Of a stretch of DNA of 64,000 nucleotides, positions 10,504 to 20,528 are shown in pieces. The position numbers were made by a program, and so were the translations under genes. This DNA comes from an uncultured Spirochaetales bacterium. GTDB lineage: Bacteria > Spirochaetota > Spirochaetia > JAFGDJ01. The stretch lies in contig CAYPIQ010000009.1 of assembly GCA_964410865.1 (NCBI GenBank), positions 9,585 through 73,584 on the forward strand, given 5' to 3'. The number at the start of each line of letters is the position of its first letter. Positions within the stretch are counted from its first letter, which is position 1. The notes under the pieces are model-generated. The model worked only from the letters and a program-made list of their open reading frames with translations, was not told the origin of the DNA and searched no databases.

Positions 10504-11197
10504 TGTTGTTCCTCCTGTGGAAGTGGTCTTTCAGATATATTTCACGCGTATGTTTCAGGAGCTCGATCATCGCGTCCCTGGCCCCCAGGGGGTCGCGATT
10601 TCTTATCGCATCCAGCACATGCCTGTGCAGTTCGGCCCCCCGCTTCGTGTGTGCTATCTCACCGAGAAACTTCGCGTAGGAAGCCCTCACTGCCGAGGAA
10701 AACTGGACGAGCAGGGGATTCTTGACGCTTTCGGCGAGGGCGATATGAAAATCGAGGTCTTTTCGTGCCACCAGGGCCTTGTCACCGCCGCAGGAATCTT
10801 CCAGCTCCTGGAGGCAGTGCTCCATCCTACTCAAGTCTTCGTCGCCGGCCTTCTTGGCCGCGAGAACCGCCAGGCCGGTATCCAGGACCTCCCTCAGTTC
10901 CATGAGATCCCTTACACTGGTATCCTGATACAGGGAATTGACGATGGTCTTTGACAGGGGAACGGAGGGATTCTCGGTTACATAGGTACCCTGTCCCCGC
11001 CGCACCTCGGCAAACCCCATGGCCTGGAGGACCTGGAGGGCCTCCCGCACGGAAGAGACACCCACATTCAGAATCCTGGCAAGCTCCCGCTGGGACGGAA
11101 GCCTCTGACCCCATGTAAGTTTTCCCGAGGATATATACCCCAGCAGCTTTTCCACCACCGCGTCGGCAACCGTCAGCGTTTCAACTTTGTCTATCAT
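10496..11197 (-). CDS. GntR-family transcriptional regulator (FadR/FCD subfamily)
   Basis: 233 aa; N-terminal winged HTH (LPSQRELARILNVGVSSVREALQVLQAMG) and C-terminal all-helical FCD-type effector domain. Confidence 0.8.
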   Translation of the reverse strand: MIDKVETLTVADAVVEKLLGYISSGKLTWGQRLPSQRELARILNVGVSSVREALQVLQAMGFAEVRRGQGTYVTENPSVPLSKTIVNSLYQDTSVRDLMELREVLDTGLAVLAAKKAGDEDLSRMEHCLQELEDSCGGDKALVARKDLDFHIALAESVKNPLLVQFSSAVRASYAKFLGEIAHTKRGAELHRHVLDAIRNRDPLGARDAMIELLKHTREIYLKDHFHRRNNNE

Positions 11198-11221
11198 TAC
11201 GCACCCATCCTTTATCGATAC

Positions 11222-12292
11222 TTATCGGTAGGTAACGGCACCTACGGGACACACGCCGGCACACAGGCCACAGCCCGTACACTTCAGTCTGTTCACCTCG
11301 TGGCGGTCTTCCCTCCGCGTGATGGCCCGGTTGTAACAGACCTTAGTACAGGCTCCGCAATTGATACATTCGTCACCGTCGATAACAGCTCTATATTCGG
11401 TAGTGACACCGCGCCTGTCGTTTTCTCTACCCGCGCGCCCCCGGATTTCCAGTATATGCGCAAGGCCCCGGTCCCGAACATACGATTCCAGACCCCCTTG
11501 TATGTCGCGGTAGACGCCAAGACCCTTGAGCATGGGGTTTGTCATCATACCGACTCCGGTTGCCCCTGCCATCATCATCTGGAGCGCGGAGTCTGTATCC
11601 GTAACACCGCCGACTCCCACAACGGGCACATCGACATAGCGTGCTATGTCGTAGATGTATTTCAGTGTAAAGGGGAGTATATACGCGCCCGATACATATC
11701 CGCTGCCGTCGGCGCTTCCCAGGGAAGGGCGACCTGTTCGCGTGTCGATCGACATTCCCGGCCCGATGGAGTCCATGGCGGCTATGGCGTCGACACCGGC
11801 ATCTAAGAGCTCCTTGAGCCGTTCCTCCAGCCGCGGAAGAAATGGAGGGAGCTTGACCATTACCGGCACTCGTACCTTCGACCGGGCCAGTTTTACCGTA
11901 GCAACCAGTTCAACCGGGTCGTAATCTACAAAGGAGATGATTTTCGAACCCGCTCTTACAAGGCGTTCGGCCATTTCGACCGCGACAGCGGGAGACACGT
12001 AGTTTTTGGCCACACTGGTGACCAGGGGTATCGATGTATCGAGCCTCTTCAGAGTCTCTTCCCATGCCTCGAGCCCGATACACGACCAGTCCGCGTTCAT
12101 GAGGCTGCCGTGGTATACGCTCATATACGGTACCGGTGATTTGACCGCCTCCGTTCTGATTCCCTTGGTGAATATCAGTCCGACTCCAGCCTCGGCAGCC
12201 CGACGGATGAGCTCTCCATTTCCCGACAGGGGGCCCTCGGTAAGCATAAGGGGGTTTTCAAGGCTCATTCCAAGAAAATCGATTTTCAGCAT
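11222..12292 (-). CDS. dihydroorotate-dehydrogenase-family flavoprotein with C-terminal 2x[4Fe-4S] (dihydropyrimidine dehydrogenase PreA-like subunit)
   Basis: DHODH-like TIM-barrel core plus C-terminal CINCGACTKVC and CTGCGLCAGVCP ferredoxin motifs. Start placed at Met23 (12292), which has a GAAGGAGAAGGA RBS; the track ORF extends to 12358. Confidence 0.65.
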   Translation of the reverse strand: MLKIDFLGMSLENPLMLTEGPLSGNGELIRRAAEAGVGLIFTKGIRTEAVKSPVPYMSVYHGSLMNADWSCIGLEAWEETLKRLDTSIPLVTSVAKNYVSPAVAVEMAERLVRAGSKIISFVDYDPVELVATVKLARSKVRVPVMVKLPPFLPRLEERLKELLDAGVDAIAAMDSIGPGMSIDTRTGRPSLGSADGSGYVSGAYILPFTLKYIYDIARYVDVPVVGVGGVTDTDSALQMMMAGATGVGMMTNPMLKGLGVYRDIQGGLESYVRDRGLAHILEIRGRAGRENDRRGVTTEYRAVIDGDECINCGACTKVCYNRAITRREDRHEVNRLKCTGCGLCAGVCPVGAVTYR

Positions 12293-12678
12293 TCCTTCTC
12301 CTTCATTTCCAGGGCGCCTTCGGGACAGAACTTCACACAGGCTCCGCACTGGTTGCACATAAGCGCATAGTTCTTCTCCGGTGAAAGAAAGAGTTTATCA
12401 CAAACCCGGACACATTCTCCGCAGCCCGTACAGGAGCTTCTCCTTACCCTCACCTGGTCGTTCTTGATATAAATGGCATCTTCGGGACACGCTGCGACAC
12501 ACGGCCTGTCTTCACATTGATCGCACACTTTCTGATCAAGGCTAAGAACATCGACCCGCCTTATACGTATCCTGCTTTTTGCCCGGTTCAGGACCTTTTC
12601 GTTCGTCATCGAACAGACGGCCTCACAGACCCTGCACCCCGTGCAGATATCACTATGCACATACAGGTACCTAGTCAC
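12286..12678 (-). CDS. 4Fe-4S dicluster ferredoxin-like protein
   Basis: Four CxxCxxCxxxC-type motifs (CTGCRVCEAVC, CDQCEDRPCVAAC, CTGCGECVRVC, CNQCGACVKFC). The track ORF (to 12804) overlaps the upstream AOR gene; start placed at a GTG in a GTGA overlap with the AOR stop. Confidence 0.5.
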   Translation of the reverse strand: MTRYLYVHSDICTGCRVCEAVCSMTNEKVLNRAKSRIRIRRVDVLSLDQKVCDQCEDRPCVAACPEDAIYIKNDQVRVRRSSCTGCGECVRVCDKLFLSPEKNYALMCNQCGACVKFCPEGALEMKEKEC

Positions 12679-14446
12679 CGATCCAGCCCTCCAGTCCGAG
12701 CCTTCGAAGAAGGGCCGGTTCAGGTATGCCGTCGGCGCTCCAGCCCCGGAGTCGGTAATACCGGTCGAGCATGTAGTCCTGGCACTCCAGGTCCATGGGC
12801 ACACCCGCAGCCGGTCCCCGGCTTATACCATCGCTGGTGAATTTCTCCGGCAGGTAATCATCCTTTCGCGAGATACCCTCGCGGCAACTGAAAAGCCGGG
12901 CCAGGGTCCAGCAGCGTTCCCCCGCCTCCTTCATCCTCGCCAGGTCCCAGTCCTCTCCGGTGGATATGCTGAGCATCTCGGCCAACACCTTGTCCAGAAG
13001 CCCGATGCCGTAGACAAACTGGCACACCGTCAGACTCTCCTCCGCCGCTTTTTCATCCTGCTGGTCTTTGACGAAATCCACCCTGCCGTCTATGTCGTCA
13101 TCGACCCACATACCCCCGAGCTCCCTGCCCACCGGCCAGGAACAGAGATGACAGGCCCCCCGGTCGGCGGTCATGTAGGCAAGGGATGTTCCGTGGCTTA
13201 TCCTCGGATCGTAGGCCGGAAATCCCATGCCCTTGACCTGCGGCATCTGGCGCATCAGCCCCAGCTCCCTCGCAGCCGTCACCGGTCCCTCGGCGAGGAG
13301 ATTCCCGATACCCTTCCTTTCAGTAATATCCGCAAGGAGTCCCGCGGCGATCTCCTTCCTGGAAAGGGTATCAGATGAAAAGAACTCGGTATCCACCAGC
13401 GCGCCGAGGAGCGACCCCGTGGTTATCGTATCCAGGCCGTATTGATTGCAGAGGTAATTCAGAAAGGCGATATCGTCGGGGTCGAGGATATCCAGGTTCG
13501 GACCAAACAATCCGACGGTTTCATACTCGGGGCCTTCCATTTTATACTTTCCCCGCCCATATCCCTTGGAACACGCCACCGGGCACTCTCCGCAGGAAAG
13601 AACCTTTTGTATTTTCGACTCGTAGGCATACTGATCTATCTTCTTTGTGGAGGCTATCTGTCCTTCGGTAAAATTATGAACCGGAAGAAACCCGTTCGTA
13701 TTCACTACTTCAACCGAGCGTACCGTGCCGTACCTGCGCTGCCCGTCCACCCAGGGATTGCTGAAAATGACCTCCAGGGCCTCGGCAACCTTTCCGCGCA
13801 TGGCTTTCAGATCCGCTATAGGTATGTCTCTGGTCCCCCGGAGGGCAATGGCCTTTACCCGTTTCGACCCCAGAACCGCCCCGCTGCCGCCCCTGGCCGC
13901 GTTACGGGAAAAATCGTTGGCCAGGCACGCGAACTTTACCCTGTTCTCGCCGGCGGGGCCGATGGAGAGCACCCGCACCTCCGGATCCTCCACCCGGCGC
14001 CGCACTTCCAGTTCTGTCTCGTAGGTAAACGTACCCCAGAGATCGGCCGCGTCGATAAAAAAAACCCTGTCGTTGTGAATATGGAGAATAACGGGAGTAT
14101 CAGACTCACCTTCGAGGATCAGAAGGTCGAAACCGGCGGCTTTCAGTTCTAAACCGAAATGACCGCCGGAGTTACAGCTGAGATAGATCCCCGTCAGGGG
14201 CGATTTGGTAACAAGCTCGAACCGCGCCGAGGCGGGGGCGTTTGTTCCGGTCAGGGGTCCCGCGGTAATAATGAGCTTGTTCCCGGGTCCCAATGGGTCC
14301 GTTCCCCGGGGGACCTCCCGCGCCAGGTAAGCTGTTCCCAGTCCCTTGCCTCCGAGAAACAACCGTTCGAATTCTTCAGGGATCTCTTCGACCCGGGATG
14401 ATCGGGAGGTGAGGTCTATCCGGAGGAGTCTATGAAACCTCGCCAT
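12671..14446 (-). CDS. tungsten-type aldehyde:ferredoxin oxidoreductase (AOR family)
   Basis: AOR N-terminal signature MARFHRLLRIDLTS...LGGKGLGTAYL, about 590 aa, with Cys motifs of the W-pterin/4Fe-4S domain; start at Met15 of the track ORF. Confidence 0.8.
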   Translation of the reverse strand: MARFHRLLRIDLTSRSSRVEEIPEEFERLFLGGKGLGTAYLAREVPRGTDPLGPGNKLIITAGPLTGTNAPASARFELVTKSPLTGIYLSCNSGGHFGLELKAAGFDLLILEGESDTPVILHIHNDRVFFIDAADLWGTFTYETELEVRRRVEDPEVRVLSIGPAGENRVKFACLANDFSRNAARGGSGAVLGSKRVKAIALRGTRDIPIADLKAMRGKVAEALEVIFSNPWVDGQRRYGTVRSVEVVNTNGFLPVHNFTEGQIASTKKIDQYAYESKIQKVLSCGECPVACSKGYGRGKYKMEGPEYETVGLFGPNLDILDPDDIAFLNYLCNQYGLDTITTGSLLGALVDTEFFSSDTLSRKEIAAGLLADITERKGIGNLLAEGPVTAARELGLMRQMPQVKGMGFPAYDPRISHGTSLAYMTADRGACHLCSWPVGRELGGMWVDDDIDGRVDFVKDQQDEKAAEESLTVCQFVYGIGLLDKVLAEMLSISTGEDWDLARMKEAGERCWTLARLFSCREGISRKDDYLPEKFTSDGISRGPAAGVPMDLECQDYMLDRYYRLRGWSADGIPEPALLRRLGLEGWIGD

Positions 14447-15857
14447 CGAGCCTCCTCCAGGAAGCCCCCCTGGAAGGCCAGGGAGCATTCAGGAGTTCCC
14501 GGGTGGCCTCGCCGCCCATCTCCAGCAGTTCGGCCCGGGCTTCGTTGGCCTTCCGGAGAACCGCCGCTTCGTCCAGGGTGAGGATCTTCCGGTTCTCCAT
14601 AACCACTCTGCCGTCTATGATGGACGTCAGTACATCCGAACCACGGGCACTGTAGAGAACCTTGGGAGCCGGTCGCCCCCCCTTGAGCAGGTGGGGTACA
14701 TTGAAATCGATCATGACAAGGTCCGCCCGCTTTCCCTTTTCGATTGAACCGGTCTTCCGGGAAAGCCCGAGGACTTCAGCGCCCCCGATGGTCAGCATCC
14801 TAAGAGTCTGTTCGGCGGTCAGGGCTTCGCTGTCCAGCTTACGGACCTTCTGCAGCATGGCCGCGGTCTTTCCTATTTCGAGCATGTCGCAGGTATAACT
14901 GGCCGCGCCGTCGGTGCCCAGTCCGACCTTTACCCCGGCCTTCAGCATTTCCGTTACCGGCGCCGTGCCGTAGCCGAGGTGCATGTTTGCCACGGGATTA
15001 TGTACCACGGCCGTTCCCGTTTCCGCGGCCAGGACTATCTCGTCATCGGAGAACCACACACCGTGGATGGCTATCGATTTAGGACCGGTAAACCCGAGCG
15101 AATGGGCGTACTCCAGGTCACGCATCCGGTATTTTTCCAGGGACCGCGATACGATCTCTACCCAGCCGGCGATATGGGTAACCAGGGAGACATCCAGCCG
15201 TTTTCCAAGTTCGATGATGCCGCGAAAAAGCTGCGTTCCCACGTCTTCGGTAGATCCGGGTCCCAGGCCTACGGTTGTGAGCCCCCGGCCGTGCCGGCGG
15301 TTTACGAAATCTTCGGCCCGTTCCAGCAGTACCGCGTCTTCCTTGAGCACCTCCCTCGAGGCACCGTCGGTATGCTTTCTCCCGGCAAAACTCTCGTTGA
15401 GAAAACCGAACACCATGTGGGTCCTGATGCCTGCCCGGGAAAACGCGTCGGTTACCGCTTCGATATTTCCGAAATCGGTGTGGAGGTACCAGTGGTCCGA
15501 AAACGAGGTAGTTCCGGTCTTGATCATTTCGACGGCGGCCAGCTCGGCACTGACACCGGCGTGGTCGGTTCGCATGTTGGATATGATGGGAATGAGGTAG
15601 CGTATGTTCCAGGGATTGAAATGCATGTCGTATCCAACCCCCTCCAGCAGCGACTGGTACACGTGGGTATGGCAGTTTATAAATCCCGGGAGAACACAGG
15701 TGTCGGCACCGTCGATCACCTTCTTCGCTTCCCCGTCGACTCCCTCGCCGAGGGCCTCCACCTTTCCATCGGTTATACCGACGGAAGCCCGGGGATAGAC
15801 GGTATTACGAGTATCCATGGTGAGAATACAGCAGTTTTTTATCAGTATATCGAACAT
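14430..15857 (-). CDS. amidohydrolase-superfamily deaminase/chlorohydrolase (SsnA / MtaD / guanine-deaminase-like)
   Basis: 475 aa; GFINCHTHVYQSLLEG metal-binding HxH motif and overall fold family. Confidence 0.7.
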   Translation of the reverse strand: MFDILIKNCCILTMDTRNTVYPRASVGITDGKVEALGEGVDGEAKKVIDGADTCVLPGFINCHTHVYQSLLEGVGYDMHFNPWNIRYLIPIISNMRTDHAGVSAELAAVEMIKTGTTSFSDHWYLHTDFGNIEAVTDAFSRAGIRTHMVFGFLNESFAGRKHTDGASREVLKEDAVLLERAEDFVNRRHGRGLTTVGLGPGSTEDVGTQLFRGIIELGKRLDVSLVTHIAGWVEIVSRSLEKYRMRDLEYAHSLGFTGPKSIAIHGVWFSDDEIVLAAETGTAVVHNPVANMHLGYGTAPVTEMLKAGVKVGLGTDGAASYTCDMLEIGKTAAMLQKVRKLDSEALTAEQTLRMLTIGGAEVLGLSRKTGSIEKGKRADLVMIDFNVPHLLKGGRPAPKVLYSARGSDVLTSIIDGRVVMENRKILTLDEAAVLRKANEARAELLEMGGEATRELLNAPWPSRGASWRRLDGEVS

Positions 15858-15861
15858 ACGA

Positions 15862-16797
15862 TTATCCTTTCAGGTACGGTTTGCCGTTGGCTGCCGGACT
15901 CACGGCTGTTTTGCCGAACAGGCCTATGAGGGCAATGAGGGTCAGCACATAGGGAAAGGCGAGCATGAGCTCGGGGGGAATGGGAACTCCCGCCGCCTGG
16001 GCCCCGGCCTGGAAGGCGTCGGCAAAACCGAAGAGAAGGCATGCCAGCAACGCCCCACCGGGGCTCCAGCGCCCGAAGATCATGGCCGCCAGGCCGATGA
16101 ATCCACGTCCCGCGGTCATGGCCGAGGAAAACTGGGACTGGTAACAGATGGAGAGGAAAGAACCGCCGAGACCGGCGAGGAGTCCGCTCATGGTGACGGC
16201 GATATAGCGCATCCTGTACACATTGATACCCAGGGTATCGGCGGCCCGGGGATGTTCCCCCACCGAACGTATCCGCAGACCCAACCGTGTCCGGAAAAGA
16301 AGGAAATGAATGACCGGAACGAGGATCAGGGCAATATAGACGACAGGGTTCTGGTGACCGATGATCCTGCCGACCACCGGTATGGAAGATATCAGGGGCA
16401 CATGTATGTCGCCGATAACATCCACCGTGGGAGATATTCCGAAGTGGCCCGGCCAGATGACCGGGATGAGGATATTCGGAAGACCGACCGCCATGATATT
16501 TATGGCCGTCGCGCTGATAATCTGGTTCGCCCCGATGGTGATACTCATAAAGGCGTGCAAGAGCCCCATGAGGCCGCCGGCACAGACTCCCAGTAGCAGT
16601 CCGGCCCAGGGTCCGATAAAATATGAACCGACCACGGCGGTAAATGCGCCCATGAGCATCATGCCTTCCAGCCCTATGTTGATAACCCCGGACCGTTCCG
16701 ACATACACCCTCCAAGAGACGCGAGAATGAGAGGGGTGGCTATGCGAAGAGTCGAGGCGAATACGGCAAGGTTGAACAGTTTAACGAACAGACTCAT
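15862..16797 (-). CDS. ABC transporter permease (BMP/nucleoside-type, second permease)
   Basis: 311 aa polytopic membrane protein with the branched-chain-AA/ribose-type permease fold, adjacent to the BMP substrate-binding protein and ATPase. Confidence 0.8.
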   Translation of the reverse strand: MSLFVKLFNLAVFASTLRIATPLILASLGGCMSERSGVINIGLEGMMLMGAFTAVVGSYFIGPWAGLLLGVCAGGLMGLLHAFMSITIGANQIISATAINIMAVGLPNILIPVIWPGHFGISPTVDVIGDIHVPLISSIPVVGRIIGHQNPVVYIALILVPVIHFLLFRTRLGLRIRSVGEHPRAADTLGINVYRMRYIAVTMSGLLAGLGGSFLSICYQSQFSSAMTAGRGFIGLAAMIFGRWSPGGALLACLLFGFADAFQAGAQAAGVPIPPELMLAFPYVLTLIALIGLFGKTAVSPAANGKPYLKG

Positions 16798-17875
16798 GGC
16801 TCTTCCTCTTTATACGGTCTTTAATGAGTATTCCGATTGGTGTGCTCATGCCCATAAAAAGGACGATAATTCCGGTAATAACCGAAACCATGTCCTTGTT
16901 CACACCGTACAACGCCTGCATCAGAACCGACCCGCTCCGCAGGACTCCGAAAAGGAACGACGAGGCGATAATGCCGATGGGATGGACCATACCCAGGAGG
17001 GCTACCGCTATGGCATCGAATCCGTAGCCCGGAGAGAAGGCCGCAAAGAGCCGGTAATGGACTCCCAGAATTTCCACCGCCCCTGCAAGCCCTCCCAGCG
17101 CACCGCTGATAGAGAGGGTCAGGACAATGTGTTTCTTGATACTTATTCCCGCCGTTTCCGCAGCGTATTTATTCTTACCCACAGCCCTTATCTTGAACCC
17201 GAGGCGTGTACGAAACAGCAGTACCCAGATAACGACGGCGACCGCGACGGCAAAGAAAATTCCCCAGTGTATCCTGGTACCCTGGATTATTCGGACAATT
17301 CTCGCGCTGTCCCGGATGAAGGGGGACGCCGGCATATCGTCCAGGGTATCCTTCATGGGACCTTGCATCGACACCAGGTAGGCGGCTATCTTGAAGGCGA
17401 TGTGATTGAGCATGATGACGCCGATAACCTCGTGTATCCCGAATCTGGCCTTGAGATAACCGGGAATGAAGCCCCAGAAGGCTCCCGCCAGGGCGCCGGC
17501 TGCCAGGCACAGGGCGACGTGGATAATCGGTGACATCTCGGGGAGAATATATCCGAAGAAGGCCGCCGCAATTCCCCCGACGGTTATCTGTCCCTCGAGA
17601 CCGATATTGAACAGCCCGCAGCGATAGGCAATGGCGAAGCCCAGACCGCTCAAAAGAAGGGGAGTCGTGGATACGAGGCTCTCACCGATACACCGCTTGC
17701 TGCCGAAGGCACCCCGGAACAACGCGCCGTAAACCGGAAAGGGATCGTAGCCGGTCAGGAGCAGTATAAAATAAACAACTACCATGGCAAAACACACGGC
17801 CAGAATCGCCTTTACAAAGGAGAACACCGATTCCCTTTCTATAAAAAAACTATACAGGGGATTCCTATTCATCAT
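16781..17875 (-). CDS. ABC transporter permease (BMP/nucleoside-type, first permease)
   Basis: 364 aa polytopic membrane protein, same operon position as NupP/YufP-type permeases. Confidence 0.8.
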   Translation of the reverse strand: MMNRNPLYSFFIERESVFSFVKAILAVCFAMVVVYFILLLTGYDPFPVYGALFRGAFGSKRCIGESLVSTTPLLLSGLGFAIAYRCGLFNIGLEGQITVGGIAAAFFGYILPEMSPIIHVALCLAAGALAGAFWGFIPGYLKARFGIHEVIGVIMLNHIAFKIAAYLVSMQGPMKDTLDDMPASPFIRDSARIVRIIQGTRIHWGIFFAVAVAVVIWVLLFRTRLGFKIRAVGKNKYAAETAGISIKKHIVLTLSISGALGGLAGAVEILGVHYRLFAAFSPGYGFDAIAVALLGMVHPIGIIASSFLFGVLRSGSVLMQALYGVNKDMVSVITGIIVLFMGMSTPIGILIKDRIKRKSHESVR

Positions 17876-19382
17876 GTTTTCCTCCCCCGGCCATCATGAA
17901 ACCGATTTCCGTTTCGGTTGCTTTACCCGCTTCGAATTCAGCAATTATTTTTCCTTCATATATGACAAGGATACGATCACTGAGATTCATGATCTCGCTC
18001 AACTCCAGGGATACCAGAAGCACCGCTTTCATCCGTGACCTGGCATCCATGATCTGCGAGTGAATAAACTCGATGGCGCCGACATCGAGTCCCCGGGTGG
18101 GCTGGGAGGCAATGAGCACTTTCGGATCCCGGGCAAACTCCCGGGCCAGTACGGCTTTCTGCTGGTTGCCCCCGGAGAGGGTCCCCGCATTAACATTTAC
18201 CCCGGGAGTCCTCACATCAAAGGACTCGATGAGCTCGGAAGCCCACTCCCGTGCCTTGTTAAAATCGAGGAACATCCCCCTGGCAAAGGGTTTTTTGTCT
18301 TCGAAACCCAGGAGCATGTTTTCGTACAGGGGAAAATCGAGGATCAGCCCTCGAAGAAGTCTGTCCTCCGGTATGTGAGCCACCCCGGCTTCCAGGAACT
18401 GCTTTGTGTTCTTGTGGAACATGTCCAGGCCGTCGATCTCCAGGGTTCCTTCATCGACTTTTCGAAGGCCCGTCAGAACCTCCACCAGTTCGGTCTGTCC
18501 GTTTCCGTCTACACCGGCTAGGCCTACGATCTCCCCTTGCCGTACTTCGAGGCTGAGGCCGTTTAGAGCCCGCTGTCCGCGCTTGTCCCTGGCCGTAACC
18601 CCTTCCATCCTGAGCATTACCTTCCCCGGTTCCATCTCCGGCCGTTCGGTGGAAAAGAGCACCTCCCGCCCCACCATCATGCGGGCCAGGTCTTTGGTGT
18701 TTGTCGATGCGGTATCAACCACCTCGATGACCCTTCCGTCCCGGAGAACCGTTACCCGGTCCGAGACCTCCATAACCTCTTTAAGCTTGTGAGTTATAAA
18801 AATGATGGTTTTTCCCAGTTTTCTCAGGGATTCCATCACCTTGTACAGCTCCTGGATCTCCTGGGGGGTAAGAATCGCGGTGGGCTCGTCGAATATCATA
18901 ATATCGGCGCCCCGGTAGAGGAGTTTCAGAATCTCAACCCGCTGCTGCATACCCACGGAGATATCACGGACAAAGGCATCGAGATTCATCTCCATCCCGT
19001 ATTTCTTCGATATTTCCGTGAGTTCCCGTTCCGATTTTTCCAGATCGAGGGCGAACCTCTTTACCGATTCGGTTCCCAAGATCAAGTTTTCCAGCACCGT
19101 GAATACCGGGATAAGCATGAAATGTTGGTGAACCATGCCGATACCGTTCTTTATGGCATCGCCTGGACCGGAATATTCAACCCTTTTTCCGCGAATGTAG
19201 ATCTCGCCCGAATCATGACCGTACAACCCGTAGAGTATGTTCATCAGCGTGGATTTACCGGCTCCGTTCTCCCCGAGCAGGCAGTGGATTTCTCCCTCTT
19301 CCACCTCGATCGACACATCGTTGTTGGCAAGAACCCCGGGAAAACTCTTTACGATATGCTCCATGCGAATTATTGCTGCCAT
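17865..19382 (-). CDS. ABC transporter ATP-binding protein with duplicated ATPase domains (nucleoside/sugar type)
   Basis: 505 aa; two Walker A motifs (GENGAGKST and a second P-loop region), LSGGNQQK signature and two-domain layout. Confidence 0.85.
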   Translation of the reverse strand: MAAIIRMEHIVKSFPGVLANNDVSIEVEEGEIHCLLGENGAGKSTLMNILYGLYGHDSGEIYIRGKRVEYSGPGDAIKNGIGMVHQHFMLIPVFTVLENLILGTESVKRFALDLEKSERELTEISKKYGMEMNLDAFVRDISVGMQQRVEILKLLYRGADIMIFDEPTAILTPQEIQELYKVMESLRKLGKTIIFITHKLKEVMEVSDRVTVLRDGRVIEVVDTASTNTKDLARMMVGREVLFSTERPEMEPGKVMLRMEGVTARDKRGQRALNGLSLEVRQGEIVGLAGVDGNGQTELVEVLTGLRKVDEGTLEIDGLDMFHKNTKQFLEAGVAHIPEDRLLRGLILDFPLYENMLLGFEDKKPFARGMFLDFNKAREWASELIESFDVRTPGVNVNAGTLSGGNQQKAVLAREFARDPKVLIASQPTRGLDVGAIEFIHSQIMDARSRMKAVLLVSLELSEIMNLSDRILVIYEGKIIAEFEAGKATETEIGFMMAGGGKHDE

Positions 19383-19436
19383 GGTTGTTCCGTTCAGTCA
19401 AGGTTTGGGCCGGATAAACCGGCCCGTTGTTTCATT

Positions 19437-20459
19437 CTACAGCTGTGGCGGGGTAAACGCGTCCAGTTCTTCGTATGTCGAAGGAGCCTTTATCTCTCCA
19501 CTCAAGATTTTTTCCTTGAGCATTTCCGCGTATTCAATGACGTCATCGGGGATGAGATCACCGGTGGTAGCATAATCAACCGCTCCCTCCTTGATACCGT
19601 AGTAATAATGTTTCCCCTCGAAGGTGCCGTTAACAACCATGCCGCAGGCATTACAGACGGCAATATCCACCCTTTTGATCATGGAAGAGAGAACGTGCTC
19701 GGGGGCAAGGTAGTTTTGATCCCTGTCTATACCGATGACGTATTTGTCCTTTTTCTTGGCGGCATTGATAACCCCCAGGCCGGTCTGTCCGGCGACCTGG
19801 AAAATGACGTCAGCGCCCTGATCGTACTGGGGCACCGCCATTTCCTCTCCCTTGGCGGGATCGGCAAAGGTTCCGGCATAGGATACGAGTATTTCAATAT
19901 CGGGATTCGCAGTCATTGCTCCGGCCCTGTACCCAGCTTCCATCTTGTTGGTGACGGGGGTCGACATACCGCCCACATACCCGATAATTCCGGTCTTGGA
20001 TACCCTGGCGGCAATGGCTCCGACAAGGAATGCTCCTTCATTTTCCATGAAATGGATACTCGCTACATTCGGAAGATCGACCCCCCCGTCCACGATCGCG
20101 AAATTGGAATCGGGGAACATCTCCGCGGCTTCAGCAACCGCGTCCTTGATCATGAACCCGACACCGATAATGAGGGATGCGCCCTGTTCAGCGAGGGTAC
20201 TCAGATTGGGAACATACTGCGCCTGTTCACGGGCCTCGAGCACCTTGCGTTCGATACCGTATTTTTCTTCGGCCATTCCGAGGCCTTCCCATGCCGCGTC
20301 GTTAAACGACTGGTCCCCAAGGCCCGACTGGTTGGTAACCATGGCCATAACCAGCTTTTCTTCCACCTGAGCTTCTTCCTTATCACCGCCTGCCCATACA
20401 TTCACGGCAATGATCATGATAAGAAAAATCATCCCGACAGTTTTACACATCTTTTCCAT
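19437..20459 (-). CDS. BMP-family (basic membrane protein / PnrA / Med-like) periplasmic nucleoside-binding protein
   Basis: 340 aa with N-terminal signal peptide; conserved BMP-family blocks (GLGDQSFND, IGVGF, GYVGG). Confidence 0.8.
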   Translation of the reverse strand: MEKMCKTVGMIFLIMIIAVNVWAGGDKEEAQVEEKLVMAMVTNQSGLGDQSFNDAAWEGLGMAEEKYGIERKVLEAREQAQYVPNLSTLAEQGASLIIGVGFMIKDAVAEAAEMFPDSNFAIVDGGVDLPNVASIHFMENEGAFLVGAIAARVSKTGIIGYVGGMSTPVTNKMEAGYRAGAMTANPDIEILVSYAGTFADPAKGEEMAVPQYDQGADVIFQVAGQTGLGVINAAKKKDKYVIGIDRDQNYLAPEHVLSSMIKRVDIAVCNACGMVVNGTFEGKHYYYGIKEGAVDYATTGDLIPDDVIEYAEMLKEKILSGEIKAPSTYEELDAFTPPQL

Positions 20460-20528
20460 ACTTGTCCCTCCATTTTTATTCCGCTTTGTTTTATCTCTCA
20501 GCGGTAAGAGAATTTTGAGCCCAACACT

